Shown in pieces: positions 33,620 to 47,940 of a DNA stretch of 64,000 nt. The stretch lies in assembly GCF_009914755.1 (NCBI RefSeq), contig NC_060939.1, one strand, 5' to 3'. Within the stretch, counting starts at the first letter, position 1, and each line of letters opens with the position of its first letter. The notes beneath the pieces were generated by a model, which was not told the origin of the DNA, searched no databases, and was given only the letters and a program-made list of their open reading frames with translations. A program made the translations under genes and the position numbers. The DNA comes from the human T2T-CHM13v2.0 reference genome, Homo sapiens.

Positions 33620-34065
33620 ATTTCTCTCTTTCTTTCTTTTCTTGTTTTACTAGAATTACTTTGCCATCACTGCATAGATTAGCTGCAAAGTCCCATTCAG
33701 CGACTAACCTATACGCATGCCTGGAAGTGTTACAAGTCAACATAACATGGGGTAACCACTGACCAATGAAGGAAAAGAACTGAGGGATAAATCCTCCCTC
33801 TTCTATGTAACTGGAGGGCGATTTTGAAGCGCACTTCCTCTATTTGACTCATTGAAGTATGCCCAGTGGGATCCAGCCTCAGTTGCCCGTAGTCACAATC
33901 AACTTTGTAGCACTCTTGGACTGGCTTCCTCTTTTCCCATTTTCCTGCTTCTCCACTTTGAGTTCACTTCCCCCCAGTCCGCCGCCCCCCAACCACCACC
34001 AAAAAACTATTTGCACTCAGTGCTTGCCTCAAGCTTTGCTTTTTTGCTGAAACCTAGGCTAAGAA
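33620..34065 (+). mobile_element. LTR16-type ERVL LTR
   Basis: tgaccaatgaaggaaaagaactgagggataaa, cccagtgggatccagcctcagttgccc, aaactatttgcactc...ctaggctaaga. Confidence 0.7.
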
Positions 34066-34281
34066 AATATTTTATCACTGAAGCACCCGACCTATTTAGT
34101 TTCTCTTTAAAGTGTTGCACATTGAATATTTTAAGTAATGTATTAAAACTTATCTTGATTGGAAATGTATTTAAAATACTTACTACCCTTTACATAAGTT
34201 CAGTTTTTTCAGGATATGATAAAACAGCTTTGGCAGTCACTAGTTTAACAAGAATGGCATGCAATTTTGGTCTGTAAATAG

Positions 34282-34768
<487 letters not shown>

Positions 34769-35094
34769 TGTACATAGTTTTATATTTATGTATTCATTAT
34801 TTTGTAGATTATGAAATTTCTTAGTGGTAAGTGCAACATATTTACCACTTCTTAGGACGTAGTTTACTTTTGGAAGGTTCATACAATGTGACGTTTTAAA
34901 AATTAACCAAACTCGTCTAAATTTATTGATTTGACAGGTGACATCTCTTGAAATAGAGCACACGTAAAATCCATCAGGATACCTTAATGCACATTGTGTC
35001 ACTTCTTTTCAAAACATTCCCAAGAAGCTCAAATAGAGTAGACCATTTTATTTCAAACTTTATTTTTCAAAAAGGCAGTAGGCAGTAGGTTGAT

Positions 35095-35228
35095 ATTGCA
35101 CAATCCCCTGCCATCCCCTAGAGATTCTGAGTTAGCAGGTTAAAGATGAGTTCAGGAACATGCATCTTAAATCAACTTTTCTAGGAATTCTGAAGCAGAT
35201 GACCCTTAGACAGCACTTTAGAAAATGC
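35095..35228. mobile_element. MER5-type DNA transposon fragment
   Basis: cccctagagattctgagttagcagg...caggaacatgcatcttaa...cactttagaaaa. Confidence 0.6.
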
Positions 35229-35344
35229 CATTTATAGAATCTTTGAATTTCAAAAACGAAAATCATCTTTCCACCAGTCATTCATTTTGTAGATTAGAAC
35301 AATTATTCCAGCAGCACTCTTTCCTTTATTTGTTATTGTTGACC

Positions 35345-36690
35345 ATATCATTTAGGCCACGACTAAGAAAACAAAAGTAACTCCAAGTATTCAAAGCAGG
35401 GGGAATTGGATTCAGCTTTCAGAGGTAGTGAAGGATCTCAGAAACAAATAGGGGGCGATGAGGCAACTCAGGAATTAGTAACATCAGGATGTCGCCACCA
35501 TCCTAAGGCTGGAGTAGAGAAGGGATGATGTGGTGCTCCCATATCCCTGGCGCTGAGTTCATCCTAAAGAACTGTGGTCTTGCTTGGCTATGGACTTTGG
35601 TGGGGCTGGTGCCTCCCAGCTGCCAATCTGGAGGCGTTCCCACAGCTGGGCAGAATTTTGCGCCGCGCGCTGCTGTTGCTGCTGCTGCTCCCCAGGATGT
35701 TGCCCCCTACAAATACGCCTCCTGTGTCCGCAGCCCTCATCCTGCCATACAGCCTCAGCCGGCGCCCCAGCCTGCGGTCCGTGTGCAGGGGCGGGAGCCA
35801 CTCACTGCCTCCATGTTGGCTGCAGCACCCCCGCACGGAACAGAAGCAGATGCTGGGAGAACGCGTGTTCCCACTCATCCAAACAATGCATTCAAACCTG
35901 GCTGGGAAGATCACGGGAATGCTGCTGGAGATCGACAACTCTGAGCTGCTGCACGTGTTAGAGTCCCCCGAGTCTCTCCGCTCCAAGGTGGATGAAGCTG
36001 TAGCAGTTCTACAGGCTCATCATGCCAAGAAAGAAGCTGCCCAGAAGGTGGGCGCTGTTGCTGCTGCTACCACTCAGACAAGGAAAAACCGATTCAAAAG
36101 CCAAATAACCCCTCATGGAATTCAGCTCAAGGCTTGAAGTCTTCCTAGCTTGTCCTATGGACCTCAACACCAAGAACTACAAATTGCAAATTTAATAGGT
36201 CATTTTGTATCAAAAGGTCAATTGTGAAGCGCCTAGAATTTTTCAATGATACGAATATGTTCTCTGGGTTCTGCTGTGGCCCAGACAGTGTTAACTTTTT
36301 TTTTTCTATTGTGGGTTTTGATTTTTTCCCCCCAGAAATTGGTTTCATTTGATTACCCAAGTCTTACGTTTCTCAATAAAGAAAAAAAATCTCCATTAAA
36401 AAAAAAAAAAGAAGAACTGTGGTCTGCACCGCAGGTAGCCATACAGTGGAGGGACAGCCTTGCTACTGGAGACCCGCCTGAACCAGTTAAAAGGGAAGAA
36501 AAATGCCCTGGCATCTCCTTCCTTTCTCATGCCAGTGCCTGCCATTGGCTGAATTCATCTAAAAGCCAGATGACAGGAGGTCTGGGAGATGCAGCCTGCA
36601 GATGTCCCCTCCTCCTAACCATCCGTGGCTCACTACAGAGCAGAGGAAAGGCAAGAAATAGTGAAAAAAGCAGGCCTAGGGGAACCACAG
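35345..36690. mobile_element. Ancient LTR (LTR78/79-like) hosting the retrocopy
   Basis: Flanks (gaattagtaacatcaggatgtcgccaccatcctaaggctgg; ccagtgcctgccattggctgaa...aagccagatgacagga) read as one old LTR split by the insertion; family assignment uncertain. Confidence 0.45.
35581..36410 (+). pseudogene. PABPC4 (pseudogene): Processed, 5'-truncated retrocopy of cytoplasmic poly(A)-binding protein 4 (linker end, MLLE/PABC domain and 3'UTR)
   Basis: Three frames give [10 protein letters not shown] / [10 protein letters not shown]...[17 protein letters not shown]...[13 protein letters not shown] / [76 protein letters not shown], matching the PABPC4 C-terminus. Intronless; AATAAA at 36375, A13 tail at 36398-36410, perfect TSD aagaactgtggtct (35567-35580 and 36412-36425); frameshifts near 35620 and 35836. 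Confidence 0.95.
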
Positions 36691-36757
36691 GCTCCTATTC
36701 CTTAATCCTTAGCACTGTACAAACTTATTCTAAAATTATAAGCATCCACCTTTCTCA

Positions 36758-37127
<370 letters not shown>

Positions 37128-37547
37128 CTACCAGTGCTAACTTGACTTAATCCAAATAGGACACACTTTGCTTGCTTTGCTTGGGTATGCCATTGTCTAA
37201 AACAGTTTCTTTGTTTTATTAATAATGAGTGGATATCATTATTAATATTAATTATTAATTACTTATAATAATTTATAATATGGATATTTTCCAGCATGTA
37301 AAATAACTCCTTGATATAACAATATATTGAGTAGAAACTTCCTGAAGAGAAGTTCCCTCAAAGTATATCTAATCCTAATACAATAATTATAAGAAAAACA
37401 CTAATTCTAAGAATAAAATGGTATGAGGGTAAATAGAATTTTTAAAAACTAGGTTAAAAAAATCAAAGTTTTTTATTGCCATTAATATGCTAATATAGGT
37501 TATAAATCACCAAGAGGAAGATCCAATATACAATATTTTCAAAATTA

Positions 37548-37720
37548 CATAACCATTCATTTAGTTGACAAATATTTATTGATCAACCATTCTATGCCTG
37601 AAATTCTTTGAGGTGCTAAAGATGCAACAATAAACAAAGTAGACAAAATCTTTGACCTCAGGGAGAGCAGATTCTAGTGGAAAAAGTCAAAAAATTAAAC
37701 AAGTAAATATATAGTATTTA
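37548..37720 (-). mobile_element. L2 3' end
   Basis: cattcatttagttgacaaatatttattga...ctatgcctg...aaacaaagtagacaaaatc...ctcagggag. Confidence 0.75.
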
Positions 37721-37879
37721 CTTTTTCCCACAATGCTTATTTTCAAATTAATATTCAGTGATTATACTTTGAGTTACACTATATAATGCATGTAATTTTA
37801 TTGTTAGTCTCCTTCCAGTCAGATCACATTCCAATCTCTTCCCCTACCCAGCATTATCTTTTTCATCTTTTTAATGTAG

Positions 37880-38670
37880 AAACGATGATAGTGGTTAAAT
37901 GTGTAGGCTTTGGGATAAGGCCACCCTTCTTCAGGTCCTAGCTCTGTCCTTCCCTGTGTGTGTAACCCGTGAGCCTCATTCATTCATTCATTCTGCATAC
38001 ATTCATCACGCTGGCCCAGAGCTAGAAACCCAGGGCCCATCTGTGAACAGATGAAGAGCCTGACCTTAGGAAACTTATGTTTAGGACTCAACATCTTCAG
38101 TAGAAAATGAGGATATTCCTCACATTGGCCTCATCAGGTCATCATGATGATTAAATGACTTAACCCCTGGCATGCACTTGGAGCACTGCCTGGTGCATCC
38201 TAAGAGCTGACTAAAGGTTAGCATTTATTCATCCCGTTATGTCCACATTTAAAATCCTTCAATGGGTCACTTCTGCCTGTAGGGTAAATTCCAAATTGTT
38301 TAGTACAATAGACACAAGCCTTTCAGGATCTGGCTCCTGATTTTGCATCCTGTCTCATCCCCTGCACACTGGGCTCCCATCCTGTGTAATACTTTCATAC
38401 CTTATGCCCAGAGAATTCTGTCCTCTCTGCATGGGGTCATCTCCTTCCCGAATGCCTTCTTTCCCTTCAAGAGTGAGCTCAATTACCCACTCTGTGAAGA
38501 CTATTGTGTTGGCTCCTCTGTGCACGTCCATGACTCCACCTAGTCACACTGACCCTTTTGCCCACAGATCATTCGTACCTGACTCTCTTGGAGCTTCTCA
38601 TATGTATTTTATTTAACTCACTAATATCTCACACCATGCCACATGTATTATGGTGACTAACAAGGGTGCA
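37880..38670. mobile_element. MIR interrupted by an L2 tail (37977-38085), followed by an L2 fragment
   Basis: tagtggttaa...ggctttgg...ctagctctg [cattcattcattc...] aaaatgaggata...attaaatga; then tttaaaatccttcaatgg...caggatctggctcctg. Confidence 0.6.
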
Positions 38671-40171
38671 TTAAACATGGTAAGATAGGCCTGTGAAACA
38701 AGAATCTTGGACCCCAGGGCTAGAAAGAAATGGTTAGGGTTAGGGAAGGAGATAAAACTGCTGCAGATGTAGAGGAACTTCCAATAAATAGTGATAGCAT
38801 TGAGCTCACCTATTTACTTCCCATCCCTCCCAAATTCCCTCATAAATAATGGTAAAGATTCTTTAAAATATATGATAAACTTTTGTGCTAAAAACACACA
38901 TGGATATTATTAGTGGCTCTGAAATTGTAAGCTATTTCTTAATAGTAGAAATTAGAAGAGGTTGAATGGGAGCACAACCAACATAGAAAAATCTAGAACT
39001 CCAAGTACCCACAGGCAAAGTCTGCTGCAGAGAGAAGTCCTGACAGAGGTCTGAGGAACACCCCACTGGGGTTAACAAATGCACACAGTAAATGAGGGCT
39101 GGAGGCAATCATCCAAGTTCAAGGTTAAAGCACTGTTTCCAGATCAGCTAGGTAAGCCAGCTCCTCTCTGTCACTGACATATACAGAGCAGCTGGCTGGA
39201 GCACTTGTTCACTAGATAGAATTCTATGAACTCTTTTCTAAATAACTAGAAATATTATCTTAGAGAAGACTCCTAGTATAGATGTTGAAGTCTAAGAGAG
39301 CAACAGGGAAAGTCTTTAGACAATTAAAGATCATAAAAGGGAATCCAGATTAAATTAAAATGAGATCTGGACATCCAGAAAGATGCATATTAAATGTTCC
39401 CACTTGAGAGTCAGTCTCATTACCCAGGCAATTTACTTGCTTCTCGGCTACCTGCCTGTTCCCTGCCCATGTACAAAATGGAGAAGTGGACCTCTCTGAC
39501 AGATGCAATTAAACTCTACAAAACTCACATTTATTTCTCCTATTCAGGAGAGGGGCCCATTTAGGAGACATATGATAGAAAAAATACTGTATCCTGCATA
39601 CTAATTAAGCTAGTTCTTTACTTCTAAACATACCCAAATAGCCAAAAGTCACAAAGCATTAGAGGAAAATCAAGAGCTTGCACAAGAATATTTTTATGTA
39701 AATAAAAAGAAAAATAGCCCTTAGAAAAGAACTAAACATCAACAACAAAAATCTAATCAGTATCCAAAGAAAGGTGTACAGCCCCAGAAAAATGCAAAAA
39801 AAAATTTCTGAGACTCTTATGAACCCCTATGCACACAAACTAGAAACCTAGAAGAAATGGATAAATTCCTAGAAACATACAACCTCCAAGATTGAACCAG
39901 GAAGAAACTGATATCCTAAACAGACCAATAACGAGTTCCAAAATTGAATTGGTACCAAAAAACCTACCACCCAGAAAAAGCTCTGGACCAGATGGCTTCA
40001 CAGCCAAATTCTACCAGATATACAAAGAGGAGCTGGCACCAACATTAATGAAATTATTTCAAAAAATTGAGGAGGGAATCTTCCCTAACTCATTCCATGA
40101 GGCCAGCATTATTCTGATACTAAAATTTGACAGAGACACAATGAAAAAAGAAAACTTCACACCAATATCCA

Positions 40172-40526
40172 TGTATTAGTTTGTTTTCATGCTGCTGATA
40201 AAGACATACCTGAAACTGGGAACAAAAAGAGGTTTAATTAGACTTACAGTTCCACATGGCTGGGGAAGTTCTCACAGTCATGGTGGAGGGTGAAAGGCAC
40301 TTCTTACATGGTGGTGGCAAGAGAGAATGAGGAAGAAGCAAAAGCAGAAACCCCTGATAAACACACCAGATCTCATGAGACTTACTCACTATCAAGAGAA
40401 TAGCATGGGAAAGACCAGCCCCCATGATTCAATTACCTCCCACTAGGTTCCTCCCACAACACGTGGGAATTCTGGGAGATACGATTCAAATTGAGATTTG
40501 GGTGGGGGCACAGACAAACCATATCA
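40172..40526 (-). mobile_element. THE1C solo LTR inserted in L1
   Basis: tgtattagtttgttttcatgctgctgataaagac...cagacaaaccatatca; TSD atcca/atccc. Confidence 0.9.
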
Positions 40527-42106
40527 ATCCCTGATGAACATAGACAGAAAAATACTCAACAAAATACTAGCAAATCGAATCCAGCAGTACATCAAAAAGC
40601 AAATCTACTATGATCAATAGGCTTTATCCCTGGGATGCAAAATTGGTTTAGTGTAAACAAATTGAGAAATAAGATTTATCACATAAACAGAACTAAAAAT
40701 GAAAACCACGTGGTCATTTCAATAGACGCAGGAAAGGCTTCTGATAAAATTCAACATCCCTTCATGTTAAAAACCCTCAGCAAACTAGGCACTGAAGGGA
40801 CATACCACAAAATAATAAGAGCCTTCTATGACAAACCTATGGTCAACATCACACTAAATGGGCAAAAGCTGGAAGCATTCCCCTTGAAAACCAAAACAAG
40901 ATGAGGATGCCCATTCTCACCACTCTTATCCAACATATCACCACTTCTATCCAGAAGATTTCTGCTTCTGGAAGTCCTAGCCAGAGCGATCAGGTAAGAG
41001 AAATGAAAGGCATCCAAATAGAAAGAGGCGGTGTCAAACTAACTCTTTTTACAGATTATATGATTCTATCCCTAGAAAATCCCCATAGTCTCCCAAAAGC
41101 TCTTAGATTTGATAAACAACGTTAATAAAGTTTCAGGATACAAAATCAGCGTACAAAGATGAGTAGCATTTCTGTATGCCAATAACATTCAAGCTGGGAG
41201 CCAAATCAAGAATGTAATCCCATTCACAGTAGCCACAAAAAGAATGAAATACCTAGGCACACAGCTAACCAGGGAGATGAAAGATCTCTACAACGAGAAT
41301 CACAAAACACCACTGAAAGAAATTAGAGATGACACAAATAACTGGAAAAAACATTTCATGCTCTGGATAGGAAGAAACAATATTGCTAAAATGGCCATAC
41401 TACCCAAGGCAATTTATAGATTCAATGCTATTCCTGTCAAACTACCACTGTCACTTTTCACAGGATTAGAAAAACAATTCTAAAATTTATATGGAACCAA
41501 AAAAGAGCCCAAATAGCCAAAGTAATTCTAAGCAAAAAGAACAAAGTCAGAGTCATCACCCTACTCGACTTCAAACTATACTGCAAGGCTACAGTAACCA
41601 AATCACCATGGTACTGATATAAAACGGACACACAGACCAATGGAACAGAATAGAGAACCCACCTACAACAATCTGATCTTTGACAAAGTTGACAATAACA
41701 AGCGATGGGGAGAGAACTCCCCATTCAATAAATGATGCTGGAATAACTGGCTAGTCATATGCAGAAGATTGACATTTCACCCCTTTCTTACATCATATAC
41801 AAAAATCAACTTAAGATGGATTAAAGACTTAAATGTAAAATCGAAAACTACAAAAAACCTAGAAGAAAACCTAGAAACTACCATTCTCGATATAGGCCTT
41901 GGCAAATATTTCATGAAGAAGTCTCTAAAAGCAATTGCAACAAGAACAAAAATAGACAAATAGGACCTAATTAAACTAAGGAGCTTGTGCACAGCAAAAG
42001 AAACTATCAGTAAACAGACAAACTACAGAATGGGAGAAAATATTTGTTATCTATACATTGGACAAAAGTCTAGTATCCAGAATCTATAAGGAACTTCAGC
42101 AAATTA

Positions 42107-42670
<564 letters not shown>

Positions 42671-43684
42671 TCATTCAGCAACTATGGAAAGCAGTTTGGA
42701 GATTTCTCAAAGAACTTAAAAAACAGAATTACCGTTTGACCCAGCAATTCCATTACTGGGTATATACCCAAAGGAAAATAAATTGTTCTACCAAAAAGAC
42801 ACATTCACTTGCATATTCATTGTAGCACAATTCACAATAGCAAAGACATGAAATCAACCTTGCTGCCCATCAGTGGTGGACTGAGTAAAGAAAATGTGGT
42901 ACATATACAACATGGACTACTGTACAGCCATAAAAAATGAAATCATGCCCCTTGTGGCCACATGGATGCAGTTGGAGGTCATTATCCTAAGCAAATTAAT
43001 GCAGCAACAGAAAACCAAATATAACATGTTCTCACTTATAAGTGGGAGCTAAACACTGAGAACACATGGACACAAATAAGCAAACAACAGAAACTGGGGT
43101 CTACTTGAGGGTGCAGGGCTGTGGGAGTGTGAGGGTATGCTTACTACCTGGGTGACAAAATTATTTGTACATCAAACTCTGGCAACATGCAATTTACCCA
43201 TATACTGCATATGTATCCCCGAACCTAAAATAAGAGTTGAAAATGAAAAAAAAAAAAAAAGAGAAAGGTTTAAGAAACTATCTAATACAGAAAGTAAGAA
43301 CACAGTGTTATGAAAGAGAATTAAAAAATAAGGAAAAGCTATTGAGACAATTAAAAATATAATTACAAAAAAAATAAGAAAATAGTAAAATAGAAATTGC
43401 CAGAAACTAAATTTTTGTCTAAAACATAAAGCCCAGAAAATTTCTCAAAACAGATTAAAAAGAAAAAAAAAACACCAAGTGCTAGCATGAGGAAAGTTAA
43501 ATGTTACGAAAGATAAGTGTAGGAAGTATAATATCTGTTCAATAAAACTTCAGAAAGAGCAGAAATATTGAGGAAGGGAAATAATGACAGAAACAACAGT
43601 TTTCAAGAGTGAAAGAAAAGACTGAGTTATCAGTAAAAAAAAATCCACTGAATGTTCAGAACGATGATTCAGACATAAATAACG

Positions 43685-45640
43685 GATGGAATAGGGAATA
43701 ATGTGGGCTCTCTTTAGATGGGTACTGATGAGGTGCCTCTATGAAAGGTGGCATTTGAGTTGACATGCAAAAGATGTGAAGAGTCAGGGTGAGAACATTT
43801 CAGGCATAGATGGGAGCTTCTGCAAAAGCTGAAGGCAGGAAAGTACTGGGTCAGCCAGAGGAATTCAAAGACTGAAATGGATCAAGATAAGGCTGAAGAG
43901 AAATCATTCACGGCTTTGTAGGCCAAGATAAAGTACTCAGAGGTTATTCCAGAAGGACAGGAACTATTAGAATATTTAAGGAGTAGAGTGTAAACTAAAA
44001 ATAAGATCCTAAGCCCCCCAACTGACTGAATGAACAATCTCTTGGTCAAGGACATCCCCGAGTAACCTTGAAAACTGATTTCTAGGCCATGGCAAAATGG
44101 TAGGTCGGATTCGCTTCCTGATATCCCCTCCGTCTCTAACAGTGGTTAGCCTTTCTTCCCTAAGGGTCCAACAGAAACCAGCCCTTTCAAAAGGCTCCAC
44201 CACTGATACTAACCAACTGCTTGACACTGCCCCTCCTTTTCTCCTGATAAGAGACCAGGGAGTGGCTCTAGCCAGTCTAGGGAGAATGCGCAGTAAGGAT
44301 TGTAATGTCCTCTGCTTCATCTTTTGATGTCAGAGGCCAGAAAATTCCACTCTCAGGTCATAATAATGCTGCCATTTTTTTGAACATGGGACCCATGAAG
44401 GGGCATGAAGCCTAATTGAACATACACATATTTCTCCTTTCATAAATATTCATGACTCCTCCCAGCTTTTTGATTATGTATATTTGGCTACCCCACTCAG
44501 CATAAATTTCTTCCCATTGCCTCTCCCTCAAAGTGTCTGTTTTTGCCTTCTGGCCGGAGACTACGCATCCCAGCCTGTCAGAATGGCCACCCTGCAGGCC
44601 GCAACCCTTGATGAGTCATCCAGCTCTTTTTGCTAAGTTTATAAACCGAGTCATTCTTCACTTGGCAACAGTGATAAGATTCAATTCTTTTAAGAACCCA
44701 TCTGTTTTGTAGGGAGTGTGTTAGGAAGAAGCCAACTGGAAGCAGCGTCTAGTTGTGGGATTCCATTTGGGAGCCGATGAGTCCTGAGCACTCTGCTGGC
44801 ACTGGAGAGTCAAAGGAGTAGACCAATGTGCCCTGTATGTGGGAAGTAGAGTCCATAAAATATGCCTGATGAATTAGGAATAAAATGGAGAGAAAATAAG
44901 GAATCAAGGGTAACTACTGAGTTTATGGTTTGGGTACCGAAGAAAACGGTGGAATAATTTACCAAGACAGGGAAGCCAGGATGTTTAAAAATATGTATAT
45001 CTGATAAAGGGGAAATAAATAATTCTTTTAGAGCTGCTTAAGTGTGAGACATTCAAGATCCATTTAAATGTTGATGGTGTGTGCAAGGGAGTGAGATAAG
45101 TATCTAAAATTCGGAGAGAATTCCAAGTTGCAGACATACATTAAGTTTTTTAAAAATAAATCGTTGAATCCAGTGCTTAAATCCACAAGAATAGATGAGA
45201 TCACCTAGTGAGAAGGGTAACATTAGAAAAGATCCAAGGACTGAGTCCCCAGCAATCAGTATAGAGGTCAGGAAGAGGGACAGACCCCAACAACGGAGAC
45301 CAAGAAGGGAGGGAAAAGAGGAGAGAGCTACCAGGAAGGCCAAGCTTGGAGACAAGAGGGTGTTTCAAGAGGAAGAGAGTGAGTGACTACATAACATAAG
45401 AGAGTGAATAACAGAAATGATTTAATTGATGGTTTAAATCATGTCTTTCCATTTAGTGGTAGGACTAAAAGCCAGACTGTATGGGATGGAGGCTTGGTTG
45501 GAGGTGAGGACAACTCTTTCTAAAAGATGCTCAAAAGAAGAGCCGAGAAACACTCAAGTATCTGGAGAGTTATATGTAATCAAGGGAGCATTTTTTTTTA
45601 AAGATGGATGTTTGTACACTGAAAGGCATGATACAATGCT
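43685..45640 (-). mobile_element. L2 fragment split by MER39
   Basis: gtggcatttgagttgac, ctttgtaggccaagataaag, ggaatcaagggtaactactgag, gatgagatcacctag motifs. Confidence 0.7.
43989..44667 (+). mobile_element. MER39-type ERV1 solo LTR
   Basis: tgtaaactaaaaataagatcctaagccccc start; gcctgtcagaatggccaccctgcagg...gtcattcttcacttggca end; TSD agag/acag. Confidence 0.8.
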
Positions 45641-46641
45641 GAAATTGTAGCAAAAAGAGAATAGTCCAAGGGGCAAAATCAATATATTTTTTAATTGATC
45701 TAATAAATTTCGCTAGGATTTTTAAAATCACATCCCTAAGTGAGGGCCAATGATACCAGAGCAAGAACAAATATTAAGGGTGTAGAGCTTATTGATAATG
45801 AAAGTGATGGAGTCCAGATTCCTCATTCTCTGTTCATCAGGCTTAAATCAAGAATAGGTTTTAGAAAACTGTTAGAATTCATAGTTTATGTGTTTTTTAA
45901 ACAATTCTCTTGAATGAACCTTTATTCCTTACAAAGGTGTGTGGGGCTACTACAAGTAGTCATAGGCCCCAGTGAGAAATGTTTTGTTAACACCCCTTTG
46001 GGGAGGCTGAGCCACTTAACAAGAATATCTTCTCAAGAATTATTTGTGAGGCCACTGGGGGTGGGTCAGATTCTACATAGAAAGACGTTAACAAGCATTA
46101 ACGAGTTCATTTAATATTGGACTCATCTTGAATGTTTTTATTGAGTTGTTGGTTTCATAGTGGAACCATGAATTTCTTAAAGTCAAGAACCATAGGCTAT
46201 TATTCCTGTGGATCCATCATCTAAACCAAGCCCTGGCACTTAGTGGCTCTCATTAAATATTGATTGAGTGATGAAGTGAATAAATGAATTCAATGACTAA
46301 AGTCATTAAAATGGGAGATCCTATAAATGCACACCCATGGCTCATATAGGTAATGTTGTTCATATTGGTGAAAATCATGCACCCTAGAAATGGAGACATT
46401 TTCAATTTTAAATCTTACCCATTATCTTCTCATGTGCCCCTATTATAGATATAGACATATAGATGATGATGATGATGATGAAGATATATAGATAGTAAGA
46501 TAGATAGAAAAACAGAGTTAACCTATGACAAAATTTTTTTCCATCCTGTTTCTCTTAATGATTTATAAGGACCTATCATTATGAAATATTTTGTTTGGGT
46601 TAAATATTATTTAGACCATAACAATAGTAATAATAGTACTA

Positions 46642-47938
46642 TAAAGGGCCTTCAAAAAGTTAGTGGAAAATTTGAGTGAAATCATAAAATTAAAAATATA
46701 AACTTTAGTTTTCAATGTAAACTCCATCAAGTTCAAGATAATTTTGTAAGCAATGATACCAGCCACTTAGTCCATTCCTAAAGAACTGAAGGTCCTGGGA
46801 ATTTAACCATGTCAATGCAGTCTTTTAAACATAATTAACTAAAGAAAAATGGGTTCCCTTTAAAGATATTTTTAAGATTAGGAGACCAAAAGAAGTCAGA
46901 AGGAGCCAAATCAGGGCTGTAAGGTGGCTGCCTTATGATCTCCCATAGAAACTCTCACAAAATTGCCCTTTTTTGGTGGGAGAAATGAGCAGGAGCATTG
47001 TCGTGGTCGAGAAGGATCCTCTGATGAAGCTTTCTTAGACATTTTTCTGCTAAAACTTTGGCTTTCTCAAAACACTCTCATAATAAGGAGATGCTATCAT
47101 TCTTTGGCCCTCCAGAAAGTCAACAAGCAAAATGCCTTGAGCATCCCACAAAATGGTTGCCATGACCTTTGCTCTTGACCGGTCCACTTCTGCTGTGGCT
47201 GGGCCACTTCTACCACTTGGTAGCCATTGCTTTGATTGTGCTTTGTCTTCAGGATCATACTGGTAAAGCCATGTTCCATCTCCTGCTACAGTTCTTCAAA
47301 GAAATCCTCCAGGATCTTGATCCCGCTTGCTTAAAATTTCCATTGAAAGCTCTGCCGTTGTCTGCAGCTCATCTGGGTGCATGGTTTTGGCACCCACTGA
47401 ATGGAAAGTTTGCTCAACTTTAATTTTTCAGTCAGAACTGTGTAACCTGAACCAGTTGAGATGACTGTGGACTTGGCTGTTGTTTCTGCTGTTAATCATT
47501 GGTCCTCTTCAATTCAGGCATGAACAAGTTTCATTGTTTTCCTCAAAGATTGTTGTGGATGGTTTGTGGCTGCAGGCTTCGTCTTTAACATTGTCTTGTC
47601 CCTTCTTAAAACAAGTTATTCATTTGTAAACTGCTGGTTTCTTTGGGACATTGTCCCATAAACTTTTCTTTAAAGCATCAATTATTTCACCATTCTTCCA
47701 CCCATGCTTCATCATAAATATGATGTTTGTTCTTGCTTCAATTGTAGCCAAATTCACGTCGCTCTGAGAGAAGCTCTTTTCAAAGTGATGTCTTATCCTT
47801 CTTAGTGCCTCAATCTAGGTCCTATTTAGATGTGTTATAACAAGTTAGTATGAGATTATTTTGGTGCAAAAATTTTGGGGTCAATGGATAGTTTCTTCCA
47901 TAATACGCATTTTCCATGAACTTCTTGAAGACCTCTCA
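46642..47938 (-). mobile_element. HSMAR2 mariner transposon, full length, with a disrupted transposase
   Basis: Both TIRs (aagggccttcaaaaagttagtggaaaa / cattttccatgaacttcttgaagacctctc) with TA flanks; 1297 bp; minus-strand translation gives IEARTNI.FM.K.GWKNGEIIDAL, WVPKP, GDGTWLYQYDPEDKAQSKQW, HDNAPAH, PPYSPDLAPSDF, with stops and frameshifts. Confidence 0.95.
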
Positions 47939-47940
47939 TA

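Noticed and set aside
35574-36137. Functional PABPC4 or PABPC4L gene
   Set aside because: No RRM domains, 5' truncation at the TSD, two frameshifts and a poly(A) tail identify it as a processed pseudogene.
46700-47760. Possible domesticated mariner transposase
   Set aside because: The start codon is lost and there are several in-frame stops and frameshifts.
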